Shown here: positions 18,221-27,172 of the stretch, in pieces
How the letters are laid out: each line of letters begins with the position of its first letter
Numbering within the stretch: the stretch's first letter is position 1
IMG/VR virus record: IMGVR_UViG_3300045256_000829
Coordinates: 3,503-67,502 of that record
Direction: 5' to 3' (one strand)
DNA: 64,000 nt
Source: a virus
The notes under the pieces: model-generated
Seen by the model: the letters and a program-made list of their open reading frames with translations, nothing else
Database searches by the model: none
Told to the model about the DNA's origin: nothing
Made by a program: the position numbers and the translations under genes

Positions 18221-20621
18221 AATTACGCCCCGCCGCGGCAAAGAGTGGCGTTTGCTCTTTCTCCATCTCTGCGCGGTCGCGTAGCGCACGCTTGAAGTTG
18301 TCTTGCGAGGTTTTCCAGTAAGAGCGTTTCAGTTCAATCCCCAGGTATTGACGATCAAGCAAGAGCGCCATCACGCCGGCGCTGCCGATCCCGTTGAACG
18401 GCGAAGCGACAAGATCGCCGGGCGCCGACCAAAGCTTGATGGCCCGCTCGCAAACGGAGAGTTGCAGCGGGCAGAGGTGGCGAGCGTCTTCAGGTTCTTT
18501 GGCTATGGCTGTGTTGAGAACGTCTGTTTCCATGATTCCGTTGTAGACAACAAGGCCATCAGCTTTATGGCGTAAGTGGTGCGATGCCTGATGTAATGCT
18601 GGATAACTCGGCTGAATATCCGCGCTCTTTCCATCTGAAGTTAGATGCCGATACCAAACGGGCGCGGCCCATTCAATCCATTCATTCTCAGTAATCCAAC
18701 CATTCGCATTCTCGTAACGGGCAACCCGGCCAGCCCGTATCTTCTTCGGATTCTCGCCAGGCTTGCGGAAAATCAAGAGATAATCAGCGAGCGCCGGACG
18801 CGTGAGTCCGGAATCAGTCGCCAGGGTTTTAAACAGCAAGCCGCGCTCTTTCGTGCGCGCCGCCTTAACCTGTGGATTTTTATCAATCGTCACTTCACCT
18901 GTATAAATCCACCCTTCTTCCTCGAAGAGGTTGATAACCCTACCGCGAAAATCCTTCAATCCGATGTACCCATCCTGTGATTTCTGCGCTGGAACCTGAC
19001 AGAGATGAACCGCAGCCGTCCGCCCTGGCATCGTCGCGCGCAACATACCCGGCAACAGGAAACGAAAATGCTCGATCATTTGGCCGATCGATTCGCAATT
19101 CCCGATGTCGCGCGCCGAATTCGAATAGGCGTACATACCGGGGAAGGGGGGAGAGAAAACCCAAAGGCCGACAGAATCCTTCTCGACGCGATCAATCAAT
19201 TTGACCGAGTCTCCCAGATGAAGCGTCCAGCCTTCGCCGCGCGCCGTCTCTTCCTTGTATTCGGCTTCCTCGTGTTTCGTGCGGCCCGTGCGACTCAGCT
19301 GCTTGATGGTTTGTTTCTTCATGGCTTCAACTGACTCCCTCATAAGTTCGGCGTGTTGATCTTCTTTGCGGCGAATGTTCGAAAGGATCGATCCCTCGGC
19401 TTCACTCGCAACGTGATATGCGACGACTTCGCGTTTCTGACCGAAACGCCAGAGGCGACGCGTCGCTTGATATAGTTCCTCAAAGCTATCCGACAATCCG
19501 ACGAAAGCCATACGGGCGCAATGCTGCCAGTTCAACCCGAAACCAAAAATTTTCGGTTTTGTAATCATGATCTGAACATCTCCCTCCCTCCAGGCGAGTT
19601 CATATTCAATCCGCTTATCGTATGGAGTAGAACCAGAAATTGACACAGCATCACTTCCAAAGGCTTTCTCAAGAGCATCCTGCTCAGCATCAAGATTGCA
19701 CCAAATCACCCATTTCTCTTTTTCAACGATCTGGGATTCGCCATAAATCAGTCTCCTGCATACTTCAACTCTTTCATGCAAGCTATCTTTTTTAGCCGTG
19801 CGCCGCTCTTTCAGCGTCTTCGCCTCCGTGGCGAACAGCATCCCGTCGAGCGGCTTCGAATTGACCGTGATTTGCTCAACGCGCAACGGCGGCAAGAGGT
19901 AACCCTCGTCGGAGTAGCCAAGATCGGAAGGCTTTTCGATTGCGACCGCCCAGGAGGCCAGCCAGTTGAAAAAATCCTTCCTCGCGTGATCACGCAGCTT
20001 CCATTTATGCGTGGTATTGCCGTCTTGCTTGAAATATAGGGCGATGATTTCCTTGCCGTTCATCACGTCAAGGAATTCGGCGTGATTGATAATTTCGATC
20101 AGGTCATTAGGGGAAGGTGTAGCCGTGCAAGCAAGACGGAAGTTTATACCGCGGGCGAATTCATTGACTTGCCTTCTGATGACACCCTCGAAAGACTTCA
20201 TAATCGAAGATTCATCACAGCAGATCCCGCCGAACACGTCAGGATCGAAGCGATGAAGCTTTTCGTAGTTCGTAACGTTCACGCCGATCGTGACATCGTC
20301 CATCGTTTCGCAAACTGTCACGGGAATGCCGAACTTCTTGCCCTCGCGCTCTGTCTGTCCGGTAACGGCCAGCGGCGCAAGCGTCAGCGTCGGCTTACCA
20401 GTGTGCGCTATGACGTGCCGTTGCCATTCGAGATGCATTCCAGTTTTCCCCATCCCGCAACCAGCAAGGATCGCGGCCCGGCCCTTCTTGATCGCCCAGC
20501 GCGTTATGTCACGTTGAAAAGGGAAGAGAACCTTGTTGATCTTATTCGGCGCAACATCGAAGCCAGCTTCCGGCGCCACTATTCGTTTACTGTTGAGAAA
20601 ATTATCGTAGTTACTTGTCAT
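18186..20621 (-). CDS. SNF2-type helicase fused to beta-class N4/N6 DNA methyltransferase
   Basis: GCGMGKT, DESS, ATPSPND, QATRRLWRFGQ; then SPPF and SPFNGIGS. Confidence 0.88.
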   Translation of the reverse strand: MTSNYDNFLNSKRIVAPEAGFDVAPNKINKVLFPFQRDITRWAIKKGRAAILAGCGMGKTGMHLEWQRHVIAHTGKPTLTLAPLAVTGQTEREGKKFGIPVTVCETMDDVTIGVNVTNYEKLHRFDPDVFGGICCDESSIMKSFEGVIRRQVNEFARGINFRLACTATPSPNDLIEIINHAEFLDVMNGKEIIALYFKQDGNTTHKWKLRDHARKDFFNWLASWAVAIEKPSDLGYSDEGYLLPPLRVEQITVNSKPLDGMLFATEAKTLKERRTAKKDSLHERVEVCRRLIYGESQIVEKEKWVIWCNLDAEQDALEKAFGSDAVSISGSTPYDKRIEYELAWREGDVQIMITKPKIFGFGLNWQHCARMAFVGLSDSFEELYQATRRLWRFGQKREVVAYHVASEAEGSILSNIRRKEDQHAELMRESVEAMKKQTIKQLSRTGRTKHEEAEYKEETARGEGWTLHLGDSVKLIDRVEKDSVGLWVFSPPFPGMYAYSNSARDIGNCESIGQMIEHFRFLLPGMLRATMPGRTAAVHLCQVPAQKSQDGYIGLKDFRGRVINLFEEEGWIYTGEVTIDKNPQVKAARTKERGLLFKTLATDSGLTRPALADYLLIFRKPGENPKKIRAGRVARYENANGWITENEWIEWAAPVWYRHLTSDGKSADIQPSYPALHQASHHLRHKADGLVVYNGIMETDVLNTAIAKEPEDARHLCPLQLSVCERAIKLWSAPGDLVASPFNGIGSAGVMALLLDRQYLGIELKRSYWKTSQDNFKRALRDRAEMEKEQTPLFAAAGRNYGQTRITTNHV

Positions 20622-20649
20622 TTCAAGTGTCTCCCTTGATATATCAAGT

Positions 20650-21408
20650 TTAAGAGGCAAAAAAATTCATCACGAGCGCGCCCTCGCCGCTATCAGGATC
20701 TTCGGATTCTTCGATACGTCTGATGATTGATCCTCCATATCCCTCGCCGGATTCCGTCCAGTGTTCTTTCAACTTGGCCATTGTACAGTGCGCTGTGATG
20801 ATGACTTGATGATTGTAATTGTATGCGGCGTTGAGAATTCGCAAGATGGCTTCGCCGGTAAATCGAGTAGCGCGGCCGACATTGAAGTCATCGAAAACGA
20901 GTAGCCAGCGCTCGGCGTTTCTTGCCTCACTGGTGAGCGCCGTGACTGAAATCGATGGAATGAACTGATCATTCCATTCGCCGTGCTTTAACTCTTCAAG
21001 AAGGTCTGGCATATACGAAAAAACAGCTGGCCGGTTTTCTTCAACCGCGCGCCTGTAAACAGCGTAAGCCAGTCCAGTCTTGCCGCATCCGTGCGGGCCA
21101 ATGAGAACAAGTGAGCGATATGGATTTTCTTTGATGCGCGGGAGATATATCGCTTGTTTCTTATGGCGTTGCGGTGTCAATGTCATAAGGTTTACGTGTC
21201 GATGCTTGGGTGGAATTTTTGCCAATTTTGCGACTCGATATTTTTCAAGCTTGCACTCACATTCCTTGGCGCCGCGGTCAGTAAATACCCAACCTGGCGA
21301 GCTGCGATCACACCCGCAAGGATTAGTCGAGGGTTCATCAGATAACTTCAGCCCCGAAGAGAGACATTGATTCGCTTGAGTACTGGGAACTGTTTGAGGA
21401 TTTGCCAT
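20650..21408 (-). CDS. DnaC/IstB-like AAA+ helicase loader
   Basis: Cys cluster, GPHGCGKT Walker A, LVFDD Walker B; follows initiator. Confidence 0.85.
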   Translation of the reverse strand: MANPQTVPSTQANQCLSSGLKLSDEPSTNPCGCDRSSPGWVFTDRGAKECECKLEKYRVAKLAKIPPKHRHVNLMTLTPQRHKKQAIYLPRIKENPYRSLVLIGPHGCGKTGLAYAVYRRAVEENRPAVFSYMPDLLEELKHGEWNDQFIPSISVTALTSEARNAERWLLVFDDFNVGRATRFTGEAILRILNAAYNYNHQVIITAHCTMAKLKEHWTESGEGYGGSIIRRIEESEDPDSGEGALVMNFFAS

Positions 21409-22297
21409 CGTCTTTACCTTTCTTTGCAGTTTTGTATTCAGTTAAAGCGTATTTCGTGAACGTTGCGAATCTGTTGCAAAGATCCGCGAGCGTCCGATGC
21501 GCGATTTCACTCGCGAAATAATTATCCAGGGCGGTTGTGAAAAGACTTTCAGGGAGGTCGTTCTTGTAGAGCTTGATAAGCTTCGCGAGGTGAATAAAGT
21601 CAGCCTTTTTCCGATTGTACGGTTGCCCGTAAGCTTCAGGCGCCTCATAACGAACCCTGAAGAGTTCATACAGGAATTTTTGCTGAGCGGAAATCGACGG
21701 CCCCTCTTCTACGAGCGGAACGCGAGTAGAAGTATTTTTACTTTTTTTATTAATATTTTTCTCTATATTGATGTTTCTCTGTCCAACAGAGAATTGATTC
21801 TCTGTTGGACAGAGAATTGCCGCTCTGTTGGACAGAGAATTGATTCTCTGTTGGACAGAGAATTGATTCTCTGTTGGACAGAGAATTGAATCGGGGTTTT
21901 TGGTGCGCTTTTCCGCCCTGGCTAGTCGGGCTTTCTCGGTTTTAGATCTATTCTCGACGATGCGTTCGGCTGCAAAATGCTCGCGACTCTCCCAAAGTTC
22001 GTCAAGCTTTTCTCGATTGATCCTGTAAGCGTAAATCGGCGGGGAATCGACAAGTACGGCATCTATAACGCCCAAGTCGCACAGCGTCTTTCTTGCCGTT
22101 GCTTGCTCGGATCGTGTCAACCCGGTCGCTTTCCTGATCTGTTCGACATTGCGCTTGATCCAACCCTCTTCATTCGGCGACCAATAAAAGAGCTGACAAA
22201 ACAGCATCGTCGCGGACCCTGTTTTAAGTATTTCGGAAAGTGAAGGGTAGTAAACGACTACCTGCCCGAGATTATCCAGGGCGTCTGTTAACTTCAT
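21338..22297 (-). CDS. Replication initiator (lambda O-like organisation)
   Basis: N-terminal wHTH (QLFYW...TGLTRSEQATARKTL), internal iteron array. Confidence 0.85.
   Translation of the reverse strand: MKLTDALDNLGQVVVYYPSLSEILKTGSATMLFCQLFYWSPNEEGWIKRNVEQIRKATGLTRSEQATARKTLCDLGVIDAVLVDSPPIYAYRINREKLDELWESREHFAAERIVENRSKTEKARLARAEKRTKNPDSILCPTENQFSVQQRINSLSNRAAILCPTENQFSVGQRNINIEKNINKKSKNTSTRVPLVEEGPSISAQQKFLYELFRVRYEAPEAYGQPYNRKKADFIHLAKLIKLYKNDLPESLFTTALDNYFASEIAHRTLADLCNRFATFTKYALTEYKTAKKGKDDGKSSNSSQYSSESMSLFGAEVI
21733..21891. repeat. Replication origin: five 23-bp iterons + AT-rich tract
   Basis: CTCTGT-N3-ACAGAGAATTG units at 21777, 21800, 21823, 21846, 21869; AT-rich 21733-21776. Confidence 0.9.
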
Positions 22298-22358
22298 CGT
22301 CAAACCTCTCAATCAATCGTCATCATCGTGGGGAATGTTTCATTGATACGGTAAAACG

Positions 22359-22372
22359 CTTGATTTATCAAG
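22359..22372. promoter_or_regulatory. Palindromic operator between divergent initiator and repressor
   Basis: CTTGATTTATCAAG, extendable to CG..CG; motif recurs across the genome. Confidence 0.7.
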
Positions 22373-22418
22373 CGGCTCGATACTTTACCGCCCAAGCGTT
22401 TTGTAGTATCTAGCAAGT

Positions 22419-22847
22419 ATGAAAACCAGCGGGCGCGACAATCTAGCTCGACTAATTAAGCGGCTAAGGCTAGAAAAGGATCTATCCCTTGCCCAGGTCG
22501 AGTCAAATTCCGGTGGACGGATCACGAATGGCCATTTAAGTAGAATTGAAAATGGTCACAGTGAAAACCTAACCACCGATCGATTGGAGGCGATCGCGGA
22601 CGGTTTACAAGTATCTCCCTTGAAACTCTGTGAGGCTTTGTTCGGAGTTACAGCCCCAAAAGATCCGAACGAGGAAGAATTGATCTTGATGTATCGATCA
22701 ATGACCGACGCCGCTAAGCCGTTCCTCTTGCTAATAGCTCGCGCGTTCCGAGTTTATCGGGCGGATGTTCTTGAGCACGAAAACATACGCGGGAACGTAG
22801 ACGAGCAAATTGAGAAAGTGAAAACGAAAAAGAAAGCGTCAAAATAA
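22419..22847 (+). CDS. XRE-family HTH repressor (cI-like)
   Basis: IKRLR...LSLAQVE...HLSRIENG...LEAIADGLQV. Confidence 0.85.
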   Translation: MKTSGRDNLARLIKRLRLEKDLSLAQVESNSGGRITNGHLSRIENGHSENLTTDRLEAIADGLQVSPLKLCEALFGVTAPKDPNEEELILMYRSMTDAAKPFLLLIARAFRVYRADVLEHENIRGNVDEQIEKVKTKKKASK

Positions 22848-22882
22848 CTGTTCGGACTAGCTATTGTTACGAGGCTGCTTTT

Positions 22883-23218
22883 ATGTCGCTCCGAAAGGTA
22901 GCCCCGGTTGATAATAATCTGCGCCGCCTCAGGGTTTCAGTGACTATCCCTCAATACGGACTTAGGGAAGGCGATCAGATCGTAATAACCAAAAAGCGTT
23001 ATTACGCCCTTGGTGAAATCTGCATGGTGCGGATCTTTAAAACCGGCGCCCCTGTATTATGCTCGCTTGCATCGCCGTATTTTTCTCAGCCGCAAGTATT
23101 TTTGCTGCCTAATATTAATCCGTCTGAACCGCTGCACTTCTTTAAAGGCGACGCAACCCAGCTTGAAATCGTTGGAAGTGTCGCCAACTGCGCCAAGGTT
23201 CGGGTCTTACCGTATTAA
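22883..23218 (+). CDS. Stand-alone LexA/S24-like domain, apparently non-catalytic
   Basis: LRVS...GLREGDQIVI...GEICMVRI...VFLLPN...EIVGSV resembles LexA C-domain; Ser/Lys dyad not evident. Confidence 0.6.
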   Translation: MSLRKVAPVDNNLRRLRVSVTIPQYGLREGDQIVITKKRYYALGEICMVRIFKTGAPVLCSLASPYFSQPQVFLLPNINPSEPLHFFKGDATQLEIVGSVANCAKVRVLPY

Positions 23219-23970
23219 CCTAAAGCATCAACGTGATCAGCGAGTTCAGCCTTGAAGCGCTTCAACGCGCTCTCAATTTTAGATAAGTCGTCACTGGCGA
23301 TTTCAGCGATAGCTGTCGTTGCGCAAATTCGCATCAGCTTAGTATCAACCTCTTCAGGTGTTGCCCCGAGGTCAAGCACTTCCTCAACCAGTGTCTCGAT
23401 ACGCTGGCGCGGATTGGGCGACGTTGCGGCCGTCTCTGTATCCACTGGCAGCGTAATACCCCATTCGTTCAATTGTCTTATCATCGCCTCGCGGCCTTGA
23501 TTTTTCAGGAAAGTGAAAAACGCCTCGCCCGCCTTAGCCTTCTTTGTCTTGCAAGCCTCGTAAACAGTTTCGAGCAGGGAATCATTGAATGGTTCGTGCC
23601 TTACGCTTTCCGCCTTCTCTGCTTTCTCCGATAGTTCTTGTTTCGGCAGCCGATCCGGCTTAGCTGCCGATTCCGCAGCCTGATTCTCAGCTGCGCGCTT
23701 TTCAGCGTTTTCATACCTTTCAGCAAAGAACCTTTCACCGGTTAAAACCTCGTCAAAGATTTGGATCGCCCGCCTGATAACTTCGTGATCCTGATGGCCG
23801 TTTTCGATAACTTCGGTTTTACTGTTCCCATCACCATCGCCGTATTCGATTACCACGTCGCATAAGCCAGTCGCTTCTTGACTGTTCCATCTGCGCGCGA
23901 TAACGAACGGTCCCGTCTCGCGATTGGTCGCGCCTTCCCGATATAAAATCTGACAATATGCGTTCGACAT
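23215..23970 (-). CDS. Hypothetical early protein
   Basis: 251 aa, RBS, converges on repressor operon. Confidence 0.7.
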   Translation of the reverse strand: MSNAYCQILYREGATNRETGPFVIARRWNSQEATGLCDVVIEYGDGDGNSKTEVIENGHQDHEVIRRAIQIFDEVLTGERFFAERYENAEKRAAENQAAESAAKPDRLPKQELSEKAEKAESVRHEPFNDSLLETVYEACKTKKAKAGEAFFTFLKNQGREAMIRQLNEWGITLPVDTETAATSPNPRQRIETLVEEVLDLGATPEEVDTKLMRICATTAIAEIASDDLSKIESALKRFKAELADHVDALG

Positions 23971-24264
23971 TTAAACCCCTTTCTGATTCGTTTCCGTCAA
24001 CGGAAGCGACGTGATCTGTTTAAAGATTTCAGCTGCGCGCGGGCAATTTGCCAAGCGGATGAACAGTTGAGCCAGTACGACCTGCTGAGTGTCGAAAGCG
24101 GCCGCCGCGGCGCGCGCGCACCGATGGAACATGCGGCGTTCGCAATCAAAATAATCACCGACCAATTGAATCAATACAGCCTGATCCGTGAGCGACGGCG
24201 CTTCAACCTCGATCGCTTTAATGAACTTATCGCACAGCTCGCCGACAGGGCTTTTTAAAGTCAT
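23971..24264 (-). CDS. Hypothetical protein
   Basis: Coupled to neighbours. Confidence 0.6.
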   Translation of the reverse strand: MTLKSPVGELCDKFIKAIEVEAPSLTDQAVLIQLVGDYFDCERRMFHRCARAAAAAFDTQQVVLAQLFIRLANCPRAAEIFKQITSLPLTETNQKGV

Positions 24265-24689
24265 ACTTCTCCCTTCTTCTTTAGCGCCTCAACCTTCGCC
24301 AGCCATTCAGCCGAGGGCGCGGCTGGCACGTCGTATTCATAAGAGCTGTCATGGCAGGACCCGCAACGCGCGACATGGCATGAGTCGTCAATAACGCGCG
24401 AGTACCCGCACTTCCAACACTCGATAACCAAGGGCGCGCCTCTTATCTGGCGAACGGTCATGGTTCTTGCGGCTTCATCCTCGCGATTTATCTCCCTCTG
24501 AACTTTAAAACATTCGAGGTGAACAAATCTCGCCGAAGACAGAATGTATTCAGCGTTGAAGCCGATCGTCTGTTCGCACAGGACGCACAAAGTTCCAGCA
24601 ATAATGCGCATCCCGTGACAGCGTTCGTGGCCGCAAGGGGCATAACAGGGGCCGTCTTCCGTTCCAGGTTTACCGATTTTTTTAGCCAT
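24261..24689 (-). CDS. Cys-rich Zn-finger protein
   Basis: Several CxxC/HxxC motifs. Confidence 0.6.
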   Translation of the reverse strand: MAKKIGKPGTEDGPCYAPCGHERCHGMRIIAGTLCVLCEQTIGFNAEYILSSARFVHLECFKVQREINREDEAARTMTVRQIRGAPLVIECWKCGYSRVIDDSCHVARCGSCHDSSYEYDVPAAPSAEWLAKVEALKKKGEV

Positions 24690-24900
24690 TCAACCCCTTT
24701 CTGATTTGCGCTTCGATCGCTTCAACCGAGATTCTTTTTTGCTCGGAGTAGAACTTGATCGCGCCCTTGAGCGATTTGAAGCGCCGAGAAGTGAAAACCG
24801 TAACGGCGCAGTAAGGCTTCGGCGATTCGTCTTTCTTGATGCCGATGAAATACGACACGTCTTTATCGAATATTCGACCGTCAAAAATGATTTCAGGCAT
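24682..24900 (-). CDS. Hypothetical protein
   Basis: GGAG RBS, operon packing. Confidence 0.55.
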   Translation of the reverse strand: MPEIIFDGRIFDKDVSYFIGIKKDESPKPYCAVTVFTSRRFKSLKGAIKFYSEQKRISVEAIEAQIRKGLNG

Positions 24901-25030
24901 TTGCTCGCGCTCCCTTCTTTAGATTCGAAGGGCGACGGCTTGCCTTCTCTCAAGCCGTCGCCCCCGTTATTGCGGGCAGCTTCCTTTTGCCCGTAATCTC
25001 TAAAAGGCGATCTGCACCACTTCCACATTT

Positions 25031-25369
25031 CTACAATCCCGGATCAGCGTCCGAGTAGACACAGCCATCGCTGGCGAGCACGCCACCGCAATCGCGCTCG
25101 TTGAAGTGCGCGCTCCCCTGACCGTAATAGGCGTTCAGGTTGATTTGATCATCGCTGAGTTGCGCGGGTTCCTCTTCGAAAGGAACACCCAGGTTTCGCA
25201 AAAAATCGCGCACTGCGACATCGCTGCTTGCGCTCCCATCGGCCACATCGACGCCGAACTCTGCGAGCGCGCCATATTCTTTTTCGGTCAGGATAAAAAT
25301 TTCGCCCTGATGCTCGACGGTGTAAGCCGTCATAAAACCGCCTTGCTCATTTTTGATCCAGATTGCCAT
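25031..25369 (-). CDS. Hypothetical acidic protein
   Basis: AAGGAGTTTGACG-ATG start. Confidence 0.65.
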   Translation of the reverse strand: MAIWIKNEQGGFMTAYTVEHQGEIFILTEKEYGALAEFGVDVADGSASSDVAVRDFLRNLGVPFEEEPAQLSDDQINLNAYYGQGSAHFNERDCGGVLASDGCVYSDADPGL

Positions 25370-25466
25370 CGTCAAACTCCTTGCAGCGGCAAACTTAAAA
25401 GATCGATAGGCCAGCGAAGGAGCGTCGCCGATTGACGCTCCACCCAGCAGCTGGCGTCCCTGAACT

Positions 25467-25766
25467 TCACGACAGGGACGAAGCGGCGCTCGGTTTTGGG
25501 GCCGGCGCCGCGACGCCATCGGGCGATGGCGTATCTGAAAATTCCTTCTCCTGATTGATCCAATTCCGCGCCTCATCGACGCCCGCTTCGATCGCCTCAT
25601 CGCGTGAGCGACCCAAGAAGTATCGGAGCATATGAGTTCCGCGAAACCCGGTGACCCACAAGGCGAAGCAGTTCTCTTCCTGAGTGAGGATGATTCGCGT
25701 AGGCATCTCGCCATCCTCCGAATCACGCGCGTCAACTACGGTTTTGCTATAAAGAATGTTTTTCAT
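25467..25766 (-). CDS. Hypothetical protein
   Basis: GAGG RBS. Confidence 0.55.
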   Translation of the reverse strand: MKNILYSKTVVDARDSEDGEMPTRIILTQEENCFALWVTGFRGTHMLRYFLGRSRDEAIEAGVDEARNWINQEKEFSDTPSPDGVAAPAPKPSAASSLS

Positions 25767-25829
25767 GGCTGTCCTCTTCGTTTGTCTTAATCGTCAGTTA
25801 TTGATTGAAAAATTGATCGAGTAATCGCC

Positions 25830-26102
25830 CTACGATTCATGGGTAGGGGTCGTATAAACGTGGTATCTCTGTTGCCGCGTCAGCGTAATGTCGTGCTTGG
25901 CTGGCCTCAGGTCGTCGGCTGTTATTTGGCCAGCTCTGACCATCTGCGCGGCCTCGATCAGCGCGCGATCAATCTCTTCCTCCGATGGCGGCAACTCGAT
26001 CTTTAACGAGCCGTCGATAAATCGGCAAACCGTCGCAAAAACGGTTGCCTTTTGCTCCTTGCTCAAATTGTCAAGAAGCTCTTTTGCTGCCTTTGAAATC
26101 AT
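25830..26102 (-). CDS. Hypothetical protein
   Basis: GGAGG RBS, ATGA overlap. Confidence 0.6.
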   Translation of the reverse strand: MISKAAKELLDNLSKEQKATVFATVCRFIDGSLKIELPPSEEEIDRALIEAAQMVRAGQITADDLRPAKHDITLTRQQRYHVYTTPTHES

Positions 26103-26299
26103 TTGCGCCCTCCCTTGGGTGCGGCTGGCGCAAACATTTTACGAATCAATAAGCGCGCGTTGCGCTGTTCGATTCCGCGCTGAGCTTGCTTGCGCGCGAC
26201 CGCCTGCTCCCAGGTTTCGTTTGCGGGGGCGTTTTTCGCGCCCCCGGTTGTTTCTTGTTTCGTCTCTTTTTCTTTCAAGTGATTCCCTTGATATATCAA
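26099..26299 (-). CDS. Hypothetical protein
   Basis: Fills operon gap; start uncertain and overlaps an operator palindrome. Confidence 0.4.
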   Translation of the reverse strand: MIYQGNHLKEKETKQETTGGAKNAPANETWEQAVARKQAQRGIEQRNARLLIRKMFAPAAPKGGRK

Positions 26300-26324
26300 G
26301 TGTCGAAGTCAAAAAAGGGGAAGG

Positions 26325-26633
26325 TTAAACGTCCCAGCCGTTAAGACTGACGCCTTTCGGCTGAGGTTTGATCATCGGCGCCGTTTCACGTTGAAGTTCA
26401 CTTTCAAGCTTTAAAATCTCAACGTTCAGATTCATCCAGTTAGTCACGAATTGATTTCTAAGGTCCTGATGATTTCCCCAGCTGATGGAGTGAGCACATT
26501 CAGCGCGGAGAGATTGGTGGACTTCATCCATCTTTTTGATGGCCAGAGCGACTTCGGAGCGCAGTTTTGACTTGCTCTCGATCGTTTCCCTTATTTCTTC
26601 GGCTTGCGTTTTGATATGAATTGCCTGTCTCAT
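26325..26633 (-). CDS. Hypothetical coiled-coil protein
   Basis: AGGAGTTGACG-ATG start. Confidence 0.65.
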   Translation of the reverse strand: MRQAIHIKTQAEEIRETIESKSKLRSEVALAIKKMDEVHQSLRAECAHSISWGNHQDLRNQFVTNWMNLNVEILKLESELQRETAPMIKPQPKGVSLNGWDV

Positions 26634-26819
26634 CGTCAACTCCTAATCGTTTAATCTGTCAAGTGTTTTGCTGCCTCAAACAAGCGGGATTATATGTAAA
26701 ACTTGCGCGAAAGCAAGAATTATTTTCAGCTGTGAAGAAAAATTCTGTATTGATCAAGCACAGGGAATTGTTGCGTTGTCACTTGTTTTATCAAGTATTT
26801 TACTGTATAGCTGAAGCCT

Positions 26820-27134
26820 ATGGCTAAGAAGATCCTGAAACCACCAGAGAAGCCGGCCGCCGATGTTGTCGATTTGTCGGAGTGGCTAACCGTAAAAGAG
26901 GGCGTTGAGTTGCGCGAAAAGATCGGGAAACCGCTCAGCGAACAGCAACTGCGGTTGCTGGCGCAAGAGGGCAAGATCCAGGCGCGACACATCAAGGACA
27001 CGCGATGTCTCAGCCGCAACGCCGTTTTGAGCTATAGCGGTACGCGCGGCCGGCCGCCGGGGAATCCCAAGATCCGATCCAGCCGCAAAAAGTCGAAAAC
27101 GAAACGGGAATCCATAACACGGATTCTCTACTGA
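26820..27134 (+). CDS. Excisionase-like HTH DNA-binding protein with AT-hook
   Basis: WLTVKEG...LRLLAQEGKIQA; RGRPP. Confidence 0.7.
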   Translation: MAKKILKPPEKPAADVVDLSEWLTVKEGVELREKIGKPLSEQQLRLLAQEGKIQARHIKDTRCLSRNAVLSYSGTRGRPPGNPKIRSSRKKSKTKRESITRILY

Positions 27135-27172
27135 TCTTTCAATACTTGATTCATCAAGAAGGGAGTTTGACC

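Noticed and set aside
21777-21891. CRISPR-like short repeats
   Set aside because: Tandem with no spacers, inside the initiator gene: iterons; no cas genes
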